The translations under genes and the position numbers were made by a program. From NCBI GenBank assembly GCA_002633005.1, contig NMRA01001167.1:1-44390 (forward strand): a DNA stretch of 44,390 nucleotides. Reading direction: 5' to 3'. Of this stretch, positions 1 through 11,444 are shown piece after piece (position 1 is the first letter of the stretch; each line of letters opens with the position of its first letter). The stretch is from Phoronis australis. Lineage: Eukaryota > Animalia > Phoronida. The notes beneath the pieces are model-generated. The model was not told where the DNA came from and made no database searches. It saw only the letters and a program-made list of their open reading frames with translations.

Positions 1-501
1 ATTAAGTACATATGTACCTGATATTCTATGGAATTTATCTTCACTACAACATACCTAAAGCTAATTTTATGTTTGTGGAACAATAATTAACCAGAAAATC
101 CCCATTAGCAAATCAGATCAAATGGTTATTGGTATGAAACAAATCTGCCTGTATTGTTCAAATTTTGCTTTGGTTTAGTCACGGTTCTGTTCACGGACTT
201 TTCGATCTAAAGCAAAATATTCTAAGTGAATCAATACATCCTATTTTAATAGGAAGCTTCAGTTTATAGAGTTTAAAAACTCTATAAACTTAGGCTTCTC
301 AATATATATAACCAAAAAAGTCTTTATGGCAATTTCATTACTATTATAAAAGTTAGCATGGCTTCATTGTTAAACACGCTTAGTGGACTAATAACTTTAT
401 TGTCATCCGGCTAAAATCATGAGTTTTATTGATAAACAAATAACTTTAAAAAATGTTTTTGAAATTGACAATTGCAGGATCTAAATGTTACATATGCCTA
501 C

Positions 502-639
502 CCGCTTAGCTTCTCCAAGGTAACCAGATGAGTTTGTAAGCCTTGAACCTGGTCGGCTTGTTCCAGTTGAAGGTCTACTAGCCAGACTTGGTGTGCGACT
601 TGTCAGCGCTTTAAAATGTGGATCCACTTTAGTAGACAT
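502..639 (-). CDS. Probable first coding exon of an unidentified gene continuing left out of the window (MSTKVDPHFKALTSRTPSLASRPSTGTSRPGSRLTNSSGYLGEAKR)
   Basis: Minus strand: acceptor tttattttAG at 690-689, ATG at 639, 46 open codons, phase-0 donor GTAGGC at 501. The peptide is S/T/R/P-rich and no family was recognised. Confidence 0.5.
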
Positions 640-1241
640 TTCAGATAGGGGTTTCTAGGGTCACGCCATTTTTCAGTTTCAAGCCTCTCTAAAATAAAGT
701 TTAGACCGTTTTTGATAATTCTCAGTGGTCAACACAACATCCACAATCAATCCCCGTCAACATTTTTTTGGTGAATTTGGAACGATAATGGTTACCTGTT
801 TGAATTTGGACGCAAAGATTATCTAGACAACTTAGTACTCCTATGCCTTACTGTTTATGAACTGCATCTGAGGTGTGCAGTTTTCACTCAATGTTAGAAT
901 GCATGCGGTTAAAAACTAGTCAGAGTGAAGACAACCCTTGAGGAATTTCTATGTACAGTTACATTGTTTGAAACCATAAAATATTGAATTTCATTTTTTA
1001 AATTGTTTTCTACTACCAAAACTACTGTTCAGTTATTACACTGCAAACAAATCACAGCAACACATGCTGATGGATATTTCAGGGTAGAAGTTTTTGGAGA
1101 AAAGAATTCCCAATTAAGAACTACAAAACAGGTTAAAAGCCATACACCCACATGATGGGTATTAGCTGACTCGCCTGAGCCGCTATTCTTCCCAGATGCT
1201 TGAAATGTAACAATCCACCCACTATACTACTACTAGGCTAG

Positions 1242-1312
1242 CATGGGCGGCGCAGCACTGAAAAAGTGGGGGGCTATAGCCCACCCCAGCCCCCTATGAT
1301 GCGCCACCCATG
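1242..1312. mobile_element. Tiny MITE-like element with terminal inverted repeats
   Basis: CATGGGCGGCGCA...TGCGCCACCCATG (13 bp TIR, 1 mismatch) around a G/C-run core. No clean TSD. Confidence 0.55.
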
Positions 1313-1911
1313 ACTAGGGCTATATGTGCAGTGTAGAAACTGGGTACATTTTTTAGAAATATTCCATCTCAAACTGGATGGAGTCTCTTTTAATTATTTG
1401 CCAAGTGTCAATTGGTATTTGGCCAAACAGCGAAGATGCCTGGGGTTGCTGGTTCTGGAGTCTCGTCCTAGAAAATGCAGTAGGCCTACTGGCGAGTTTT
1501 TTAACACCTGTCGTCAGCCTGATAGTGTAAGTGTGCTATTTTTCATTTCAATCAAGAAGTCGTTTCTTATCACTGACTGGTGAATTAATACCTGCGTAAT
1601 AACTGCACAAGAATTCACGTTTTCGATAAGTTGTGGTCAAAATCTGTAAAATGTAGCAATGAAAGCCTCAGCCCAGGAACAAAGCTGAGTCCAGCAGTGA
1701 GTGTCACTGCACTGGCACGGCTGGCCAGGCGGCCCTTCCGTGCATGCCATCAATCCCTGCTATTCACAGTCTGACAGTCAGACGAACGGCAGTGTTGCAG
1801 AGCTATGGAGAAAACCAGCAACGTTATCAGTCACTTTCACGAATTTCGTTTTTAAAAGGCTAATTTGGCACTAGCCTTACATTTAACCAAATGACGAAGA
1901 CAATCTCATTC

Positions 1912-2071
1912 AAACTCACCTCACTGAGCCTTGCTTGGTGAAGTACGAATGTTGAGCAGACGGCTATCACCAAAACAGTAGAATTGTGGGATAGTTTGGT
2001 GGAATTCGCCAATCAGGTAACAGTATTTCAGATTATCCGAGCCTGCCAAGGTTTCATTTCCGCATGTTGAG
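1912..2071. promoter_or_regulatory. Putative bidirectional promoter shared by the C18orf21 homologue (+) and the left-hand minus-strand gene
   Basis: Minus-strand donor AG|GTGAGT at 1920/1919 (a non-coding exon pointing left), CCAAT box near 2009-2013, C18orf21 ATG at 2072. Confidence 0.45.
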
Positions 2072-2181
2072 ATGGAATCAGCTGTTGACGATCTTCATAG
2101 TGTTAAATATAAAGCGCAACATTTAAGCAGTATTGCAAACTTGTTTGCCGAAAAATCGCCAGAATTAGGGAAGGTTTACGG
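2072..2181 (+). CDS. C18orf21: C18orf21/UPF0711 homologue, exon 1 (MESAVDDLHSVKYKAQHLSSIANLFAEKSPELGKVYG)
   Basis: ATG at 2072, open to a phase-2 donor GG|GTAATG at 2182 that joins exon 2 in frame. Resembles the helical N-terminus of the Rpr2/C18orf21 family. Confidence 0.75.
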
Positions 2182-3235
2182 GTAATGATGATGATATTAA
2201 TTTGTGTCTCAAAGAATGGTTGATAAATCAATGAATGAATGTTTATCCGATGGCGATGGTAAACATGAGCACTGCGCTGCCACTTTGACTTTGAGTGAGT
2301 TTGAGTCAGACTCACTGTCATTACACTGACTAATCCGATATATATAGTGGACCCTGATTTAGAGAACCAGGCAATTACTGAATAACGCGCCTGTTACTGA
2401 GTGGATGAAACTGGTTCTCTTAATTATGTAGGGAATGAAACCAGCGACCCGGATAAAACCCGCGAGCATGCTAACTATGCATTCAGCTAAGTGGCAATTG
2501 CCCATTAGCAAGTGGCTAACAGAGCCAGAGGCTCCGACTAGTGCTCAAAACATGAACGTCAGTCAGCGTCAAATAGTAACATGTCACTACTCCGAGAAGT
2601 TCACTACTACGAAGGTTCACCACTCCAGAGTTTCAGTGTTTTAAAGCCAGGTTCACTACTCCAGACGCCCACATAATGAGGTAGAACTGACATGCATAAA
2701 GTATTGCATTTGTGTCAATTTAGTAACCACTTAAAGGGTATGCAAAAGTTGAATAGTTTTTGAAACATTGATTGCATTGTGAAAAGATGAGTACAGTTCC
2801 AGTCACTTACAATTGTTATTCTTGACTCTAAAGCCCATGAATATTCGTGACTAGGTTTGAACCTGTGCCCTTTGGGTGCACCTGATGATAAAAAGTGTGC
2901 TTTTTTAAAGTGGCAACATATGAAACAGGAACCCCAAGGGCAGAAATAAGAGCAGCCATGTTTTGCCTGACTGGCTACAAGTTGACTAGAATCTTGCATT
3001 TTTGGAAGTGTTGCGTTTTAAAAATGCGTCCGTGGGCGCAGTGCTGCATTGTACTCGCGCCTTTTTATTTTTTGATGCGCTTATGGCACAAAGGCGCAGT
3101 CCAGGAATATCCTGAAAGCCATTCATTCTCTAACGTGGACATATTTTATTTCATGTTTATAAGTCTGGCAACTAACAATAGAAAGATTAATATCAGCCCT
3201 CTAAAAAAACGGTATGGTCAGGAATACAAACTTAN

Positions 3236-5240
3236 TGCCTGCTGTATATATAAGAGCATCATCTGCGAAAGTTAATATTCTCCCCCCCCCGGTTTAGTCA
3301 TACTCGCAAGCCGACTCGTGTAGATGTTGTACATTACTGGTGACAGTGGTGATCCTTGTGGAAGTCCAGGAGTTATAAACTGGATTTGACACCCACGGCT
3401 CCAAACGTAGCGCAACCGTGCGTTTCATTAGTGCGCTTGCCACCCAGTTAATGAGATGCGGCTCAAGCTGACGATCGACCAGCAGGTTCATAAGTTTTCC
3501 GTATGATACCCGGTTATAGGCGTCTTCAAGATCATTTGCCACTGCTATAGTTTCCTCCTTCCACTGAAACGCCCCATAAGTGTCCTAGGCAAAAATTGCA
3601 GCGTTTGCCCATGTATCTTTTCCTCTTCTGTAGCTACCAAGAGTTGCAGGTAATACCCCCAAGACCTCAAGATTGTATACAATGATCTGTGCCACCATTT
3701 CTCCATCAATTTACCAGCGGTGTTTTGCATAGCGGTCACTCTGTAACCATTTAGCTTCGTGTGATCCCTGCCTGGTTTTGGTATCACCGCCAGGTAACTA
3801 TGTAGCCAATCTTCCGCAACCACTCCCATGCTTAGCTCGCATTGTACATATTGGCCAAATCTTGTAGCTCCTGGTCAGACAGACTGCCTATAGCATGTTG
3901 TAATCGATTTGATCAGGTCCTGGTGCCGTGTTCTTCGATCTTGACAGTGTAGATTTGATATCTTCAACAGTAAAAGTTATGGGGGAAGTCGTGCCACTGA
4001 TGAAGCTATGCATTTTGTCTTTCACTTTAACTCTTTCCTCAAGATTTTTCTGATCAGTCTGTTCCAGGTATCGGCCTAAAAAGGCAGGACCCTTGCTTTC
4101 AGTAGTTTCCATCTATACAACTGTCTGTTTCTCCTGTCCTCTGAGCAATCCTAGTAACTGTGATGTCGTTAATGCATACCAAATCTGAATTTACCAACCA
4201 AGTTTCAAACTCTTGTGGATTTGTTGTTGCGTTGTCCAACAGTGATGTCTGAGCATTGAAATCTCCACAAAATATATCCTCTCAATTCAGGGCAGAGACA
4301 ACATCTTGCAAAACGTTTCAATCGCATGCATATATGTTGATAATGTTTATGCTTAATTGGGAATATTTGATTTTAATATCCTGCATTTGTATCCTATCAT
4401 TGCTGTAATTTTCAATGTCTAATTTCGATGCTGAAATACCAGACCTAATCAAGATGGCCTGTCCATGATTTGCATTCTCAGAGATCACTTCATATCCTCA
4501 TATCTTAAGTGCTTTACCATCTTCCTTACATTTTGTCTCCTGTAGGGCCAGGATGTCGGTGTCATAGACTAATCTTTCTAGAATTTCTCCTCTCTGGTAG
4601 GTACTTCTGCAATTCCAAAAACACAACCTAAGGTTGGTTTTACTCAAACGTTGGCCCTTTGTTTCGTGCTCATGTTTACCTGCTTGATGTCGTTTTCGTT
4701 GCTGGCCTGCTCGCTTCCCTCTCTTTCCTCTCCTCCCTGCATTCCTTGTCTCAGCATGTAATGGGACCTCAAGCTCAGGGCACGTGCTCCGTAGCTCCGG
4801 CGAGGGTTCTGTTAAATTGTATGAAATCTCCATACGAATAATTGTTTTCGCCAGGAATTAAAGCCGTTCGTTCGGCAGAGCCTGCATACAAGATACTGTT
4901 AAATTTAAGACGCTAGTGACTTCTATCCCTTCGCCATTCAGCCCCTCAGCACGTCAACCTTGAGCTTGGGGTTTTTTATAGAGGTTGTCTCCTCTAGATT
5001 CGTTGTGTTCTGTTCCTGGACAGCGAGGTCTAGGTTAGCAGGGTCACCTCGAGAAGGTTGTGGCTCTTTGCTCACGCTCAACGATCTTGAAGTATGAGAG
5101 GTTTGCCCTACCAAGGGACTCGCCCTTTTCAATGTACAAGTATAGCCAGGTATGGGGGTACTTAAGGGGAGGCAGCTAGTGTGACTCGCTGCGCAAGCAC
5201 CCTAACATCATTACTCCCTGAGTCTCCATGACTCAGAGAT
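3236..5240 (-). mobile_element. Decayed non-LTR retrotransposon (APE endonuclease + reverse transcriptase) in C18orf21 intron 1
   Basis: APE motifs LRLCFWNCRS, DILALQETK and CGDFNA (~4250-4640). RT motifs APGPDQI, IPKPGRDH..GYR, DLEDAYNRV, GLPQGSPLSP (frameshifted) and ILTFADD (~3257-3280). Many stops and frameshifts. Cut by the N at 3235. The 5' boundary is approximate. Confidence 0.9.
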
Positions 5241-5391
5241 AAATTTCACTGTATTAAAATATCGTTTTTATGGAAATTATGCGTCTTATTTTTCATAGCG
5301 TATAAATGTTGGTACAATGCCCTTTGTTGAACATGCGATTGTTGCGCATGCTCATTTAAGTATTCTATTTTCGTGTTCGATTACGTCAGCT

Positions 5392-5465
5392 GCTAAGTGG
5401 CGCAGTGGTAAAGTCGATGACTCGAAACTCATGTGGACCAGGTTCGAAACCGGCCTCGGTTTCCC
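5392..5465 (+). mobile_element. tRNA-derived SINE head or tRNA pseudogene
   Basis: Pol III A box TGGCGCAGTGG and B box GGTTCGAAACC at tRNA spacing. The acceptor and anticodon stems are imperfect. Confidence 0.65.
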
Positions 5466-5827
5466 TCACTAGTGAGATAACTGAATGGGTTATTACACGG
5501 TTGTATCTGCCATTCGAGGCTAATATTGTGGTATAAAGTATCTGTATATGCAATTTTCGTGAAAAAAAACATGTTTCTGGGAAATATGTCGATCTCCATG
5601 AAAAATCATGATTTTTGAGAAAAAACAATCATTTGATTATGAAGGTCTGGACATTGCTTTCACGCACATATTTAGATTCTATGATCATCAAATATTTTAG
5701 AAATATATTGTTTTGTTATGTATATGTTTATTTAAGGATCTAATTCAATTTTATGTAACAAATAACAACACTTTAAAAATTGTCTGAGGTTTTTTGATCC
5801 TTTTTTATTTTACAGTTTCTGTTGCAG

Positions 5828-6074
5828 GAATAAATTTCAAGACTTGCTCAACTCCTTATCTCAACACCAGGAGGGAAATGCGTTGGATTCCTTAATGTGC
5901 CCATTCTGCGGCAGCTTGTACCTCCCCGACAATCATACACTGAGAATAAGGCCACGTATGAGATGCACAAAACAAATCAAAAGACTGGACAGCAAGCAAA
6001 ACCAGGAAGGAGTGAAGCTTGGAAAATTTAAAGCTCGAATGTTAAGCATGTTTGCTCAAAGCACAGCGGATATG
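5828..6074 (+). CDS. C18orf21: C18orf21 homologue, exon 2 (contains CPFC..L..DNHTLRIRPR)
   Basis: Acceptor gttgcAG at 5826-5827 (alternative in-frame AG at 5814-5815), donor ATG|GTAATT at 6075. The first CxxC pair and the following segment resemble C18orf21 CPYC..LDNSRVRLKPK as recalled. Confidence 0.9.
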
Positions 6075-6533
6075 GTAATTTTGGTTGTGGTATTGTTTCA
6101 GATAGCATTCAACTTTTTTTTTTGTAGTTATCATGATGTTAATGGGAAATCTTAAAATATCAAAGTATGCATGGAGGGTCAGTTATATTGAAATATTTCT
6201 GTGTTTTTGTGGCTTTCTTTGTTAATAATTTTAAAGTATATGAATCAAAGTTGATAAGTGTGTAGCAGCTGGTTCAAACTGTAAAACATAAAAATTGTGT
6301 GCACTTTAGTTTAACAAATTTTTGAAAAAAATATCACAAGGTTTTTAGTTTGTTTTTGAAATTCTTGGCTACGATTTTTTGGCCACCCTGTACATGTCAG
6401 ACAGGATTGACCGTTCTTTTTCTTTGTTCTGTGTTTGTCCACTTGTTTCACTGCCGATTTTTTTGGTTAGTATTTCATTTAGTGGCCTAATAATGAGAAC
6501 AATTATAATAATATTGACATTTCTTCTTGGCAG

Positions 6534-6751
6534 GTAATTTTGTGTCTTTCCTGCAACAGAAGAAATGTTATTCATGGACAGAGCAGGGAAAACAAAACAA
6601 AAACTAAACAAAAGCTCTCCCTCCTGCTCACTCCCGAGCATATTGCCGTCAAAAAGAAGAAGAAGAAGAGAAAAAGAAAGTCAGATTTCTCTCTTCTGAA
6701 TTCTACTTCGTCATCGCTAGATTCCAGCCTTTCAGTTCAGATGTTAACAAG
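6534..6751 (+). CDS. C18orf21: C18orf21 homologue, exon 3 (VILCLSCNRRNVIHGQSR...KKKKKKRKRK)
   Basis: Acceptor ttcttggcAG at 6532-6533, second CxxC pair, polybasic NLS/NoLS-like tract, phase-2 donor AG|GTAGG at 6752. Confidence 0.9.
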
Positions 6752-7281
6752 GTAGGAGGAATGTTGTACAAAGTTGGATCACCATTCATTTCGTTTGATG
6801 TGTACACTATAGCAGTTTTGAAAAGGTGACAAAATTCCATCAAAAGTCACCTAACTTATCCAGGATATGGCAAAAACCCAGAAGCATACCACACGAATAA
6901 TAATGCCGTAATTGTTCGGGTTGATGCCCTTGCTCGGCCTAATACTCATCCCTGAAATTTCCAAATTTCATTTTTACAACACCTGTGATTAGTTTGAACT
7001 GAGTACCCTCAGTTTATATGACCGCAGTTTTTTTCAATAAATGTGTTTATGTCAGTAACAGTCAGTCAGTTTCAGTGGAACCTTGGCTTATTCGGCGGGA
7101 AAATACCCATGCTCTTCTCTTTACTGAAGGAAACATCATAAAGTGGTTCTGTTAGTGTCTTGCACATTCTAAAATTACTGTGCTCATGCAAAATAACAGT
7201 GAAAGTATGTATGTGAGCAATGGGTGGTGTTTGGATCGGAAAATTTATAGCATAAAATGCTACTCAACTACTGTGTGCGAT

Positions 7282-7645
7282 CACTCCTTTCTATACTCTA
7301 AGTCCCTTACTACACTCCTTTCTATACTCTAAGTCTCTTACTACACTCCTTTCTATACTCTAAGTCTCTTACTACACTCCTTTCTATACTCTAAGTCTCT
7401 TTCTACACTCCTTTCTATACTCTAAGTCCCTTACTACACTCCTTTCTATACTCTAAGTCTCTTACTACACTCCTTTCTATACTCTAAGTCCCTTACTACA
7501 ATCCTTTCTATACTCTAAGTCTCTTACTACACTCCTTTCTATACTCTAAGTCCCTTATTACACTTCTTTCTATACTCTAAGTCCCTTACTACACTCCTTT
7601 CTATACTCTAAGTCCCTTACTACACTCCTTTCTATACTCTAAGTC
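7282..7645. repeat. 31-bp minisatellite, about 11.7 copies (cactcctttctatactctaagtcYcttacta)
   Basis: Exact 31-bp periodicity with head-to-tail near-identical units and no spacers. Confidence 0.97.
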
Positions 7646-7672
7646 TTGAGCCATACAATTCTGCTGGTGGCA

Positions 7673-7943
7673 CAGTGTTCTCCACAACAGAAAATTCATA
7701 CTCAACTGGAATTATAAATTTAAGGAGAAAATTTGACGGTCCATGTCCGTACTGTGAGATTTTTTGTTTTACGTCTTGGAATCGGCATTGAACTGGTACC
7801 AAAAATCCAAAATGTTGTAAATTACTAAAGGTTTAAACTGAGTTTGCACAGGTTTTCAAACTCAACGCAAGTAAGCTAAACTCGTCATCAGAAAATTCAC
7901 ACTCAACATCGTGACGAGTGAAAACAGGCTGTGGAGAACATTG
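7673..7943. mobile_element. hAT-like MITE
   Basis: TIRs CAGTGTTCTCCACA...TGTGGAGAACATTG (1 mismatch) and a repeated internal gaaaattcaYactcaac motif. No convincing TSD. Confidence 0.5.
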
Positions 7944-8872
7944 CATTTTGGCAGATTCATGTTATTGTCTGTAAGCCGCATGTTTTAGACAGTGTGCTGG
8001 AGGACTCAGACTTAAATCTAATACAAGCTGCATGGTTTACTATGTTGTGAGCCATCTTTGATGCTTCAGAAACAAATTCTGAAGGCTTTTTACTATAACA
8101 ACAGACGCACCCAACAGAAACATGAATTCAACTAGATAAAAGCAATATTCTAGTAATCGGGCAAGGTTGATTTGTAGCACGAGCCAAACAAACTGCTGTC
8201 GGCCACATTCACAACAGAAAACTGAAAAAAGTTGAGGTGTGTGCAAAATCAAAGAGACCAGTGTGGCTTCTAACATTGGTTTTGGTTTTCCAAGTTGAAC
8301 TTATTTGCCTAATGATGGCATGAAAATGAGGCTGAAAAGTCTCCAGCGGATGTGAAGCAGTGTAGGTAAATGAATGTTTGGAAATAGCACAGAAGAGTAC
8401 AAGAGCGTGGCTGTTGCAGTTGGATGTTGCATCTTCTTAATGCCACTAACAGCGCATTCTTTAATTAAAACCTTTTGTTGTCTTCAACACATTTTGGAGG
8501 TTTTTATACAGCGAGTTAGCACAAGCACGATTTTCTGCAATCCCCCTACAGGCTGTTATTAACTGTGTCTCCTCCTCTGTTTGTAGAATAATAAGAATAA
8601 ACTAGGTTTATTGGGAACACTGAAACTACGTCGATCTACAATCGTAAGATGGTCGTCCGTGTGTGACCGTAATAACAAAGTCACTTATACTACACCGCTT
8701 CAAACTTTATTTATTCAAGCTTCAGGTCGACAATTTCTACGGAAAATATTTTATCACATCATTGGAGATTTTGTTTTTTGTTGGTTTTGTCAAAAACTCT
8801 TTTACAGAGTCGGTATTGTTCATGACCCTGTGTGACTTCTCACTTTGTCAATTTTCTCCATTTATTCCACAG

Positions 8873-9095
8873 CACTCCCAAGGCAACTCTGTTTACCCCT
8901 GCCAGGCCATCACCCAAGACACAGACAAGTTCTACAAGCTCGGCTATTTTCACAAGTCCTGCAGCATCGAGTGGTACCTCATCAAAGAAGAGCAAGAAGG
9001 CATTTCATTCACAGCTCAAATCAATGTTGATCAAAAATAAGGGAAATGGAAGCACGCCTAAAACCTCTTTAAAGGACTTTTTGTCTAGTCTTTAG
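8873..9095 (+). CDS. C18orf21: C18orf21 homologue, exon 4 (terminal; ...KKAFHSQLKSMLIK...SLKDFLSSL*)
   Basis: Acceptor ttccacAG at 8871-8872, in phase with exon 3. The C-terminus resembles the family's SQLK.LL...F..FLSSL end. AATAAA at ~9192 and 10411. Confidence 0.9.
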
Positions 9096-11444
9096 GCGGC
9101 ACTCAAATTGAAATGTGCAATTTTGTGTTGACACTTTGCAATGAATTGGGAGACAACCAAAATATCTCTAGGGTTCAGTTGCGTCCGTGGTAATAAATTC
9201 AGTTTGGCAAGCATTTCCTTGTGCAAGTGTAAATATGAATTACGTGAGGAATTATCCACACAAAAGTGCCAATAGAGGGCAAGTATAATGCTTCATTTAA
9301 TACAGACTGGGCGGTCTCCACAACAGTCTATGCACTTTTTGGTTGTCACTTTTTACGAGTGTAAATCTGGAAATACACAAGTGCTGGATATGCCATCACT
9401 CATATTTTAGAACGTGCATTTTTGCCTGTGTTGAGCACGGTTATTGATATCTACGGAGTGAACCATTTTTTACATAAAATTTCTGAACTGTAGTTACAAT
9501 TTGATCAATTTAAAGTTCACCTTTCTTGACTCGGGTCAAATGTTTAGTTTGGACATCTACAATCATTGTGCAGATCCAGAAAGCGAATTTAGTGGCTATC
9601 CCCAAGTTTCCTTCTTTGTAAATTTGAGAACGTTTTTTTTAATAATTAGAATCCTTGGGGAAGAATCAACAACCAGGACGATAAAGAAAGTTGAGACATT
9701 GAGGAACGATCATTTGGCAAAACCAAGTTTATAAGAAAAATTTGTTGTCACCCCACCCCACTCAAAACACAACTTTCCCTCCAATTGGCCAATTGTATTC
9801 ATGTCACTCCTGTATCTTCTCATTCTGATATTTTGCCACCTGCACACTGGGCCTTGTGAATAATTGGAAAATGAATTTGTCACTAAGGCGCTGCACAGAT
9901 CTCTGTCGAGTCTACAAATGTCTGACACACTTGTATATAACTGTGTTCTAAAAAGGATCACTCTTTGATTTTCATAGACTGGATTTTGTGTTTCAATTGT
10001 CTTCTTTTCTGTCAGATTTGTTTTCCCATGCTTGCCACAAAAAGGCCCATGTTACATTTCTTGCACTCATTAACTTTGTCATGATGATAGTAACCATACA
10101 GTGCTTCAATATTCCATGCGGAGCTGATGATAAAACCTATCATCTCTATGACGACCAATCGATATCTTTAATTGACATGCTATTGCTGCCCAAGTTTTCA
10201 GTAATTTTTAGCACAGAAGAGCATTGTGTGTGAATTAGAAGACATCAGTGATTATAAATCATTAGGCTTTTGTGCCATGGTGAATTTCACCTCCGCCCCC
10301 AACATCACTGTTCTTTATATTATATTTATTATATTTTGCGTTGTCAAATTCCAGCCAGTCTTTCAAATGACATTTAATGATCATTTGATAAGTTCTGAAA
10401 TTTTGAGATGAATAAAGATTCTCAGAGAAATCCTACGTAGCCAGTATAAAGAAACGAAAGCAGTAAAGAACACCTCTTGATGCAGTGAATGGAATTTGGA
10501 TTCAAGTCAAGATCTTTTTTATTCATAAATTAATACAGAACTCAAACAAGACTCAGCAAAGTTAACTTATACATAACTGAACAGTTTTCCGCAAGCTGGC
10601 TGTTCCATTAGTCATGTGGGCCCCCTAATCTCTGCTTGTATGCCCTTAGACCTGCCGCCACTGTTTATTTCACTTCCACTACATTTATTTTACCAAGTGC
10701 CCAAGGATGAGATATGTGCTCTCAAAATATAGCTGCTATTTTACTTGTTTGTTTGTTTATGTCTATAGGCAATTTGCTTTACAACTGCACACCAGAAATT
10801 GAGCGAGTATATATCAAGTTATCGAAAAGAAAGTTGTCGTGTTTTCAGTCAAGTTTGTGTAAATGAACAGTTGTCCATATAATTTACATATGACCTTGTA
10901 ATAAGGATAAGCCATACTGAATGAAGCAAAATAACTCCTCTGAGGTTGTAGCTGAAAGCAAACTTGTACATGGAAACAATGTGCTTTAACTACATGTAAG
11001 GTTCCTGCTTGCATTTGGGGCCCATGCGCCTATGTATATATAAAATAAAAGAAGTTTTACTGAAGTATTTTGCATATTGTTGCTAGCAGCTATTTTTCAC
11101 TTATTAGTACACGCGTCTAACCCTTGTATTTGTACTTGTGCACTTGTCTTAAACTAGGTGTTATTTGACCATTATTAATACTCGGATATTGCGTCTTCCG
11201 ACCCAGTTTTTATCAAGTTTTCACATTGGATTCATCTGCCTAAGTCTAGAAATGGGTGTAGCTTCACTTACAGGCTCATGGACCTAAATACAAGCATGTA
11301 TGATAGTTTTTCATGACAATTACCCGAGCACACTTTAAATGTGGCGCATCACAACATAACCATGATTAAAAAAATTTGACCCAAATGACAAAACATATCG
11401 CATGAAATTCTGATGACAATGGCGAGTATGTCCAGAGACAAGGT

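Noticed and set aside
3236-3300. Biologically 3'-truncated LINE
   Set aside because: The RT continues through FADD up to the N at 3235, so the truncation coincides with an assembly join.
4990-5060. HDV-like ribozyme in the LINE leader (CTAGA...CGAA-TCTAG on the minus strand)
   Set aside because: P2 and J4/2-like pieces fit, but no P1 partner or P1.1 GG could be placed.
5392-5465. Functional tRNA gene
   Set aside because: A and B boxes are present but the acceptor and anticodon arms are irregular. A SINE head or pseudogene fits better, and the same holds for 43714-43786.
7282-7645. CRISPR-like array
   Set aside because: Units are contiguous with no unique spacers, there are no cas genes, and the context is a eukaryotic intron.
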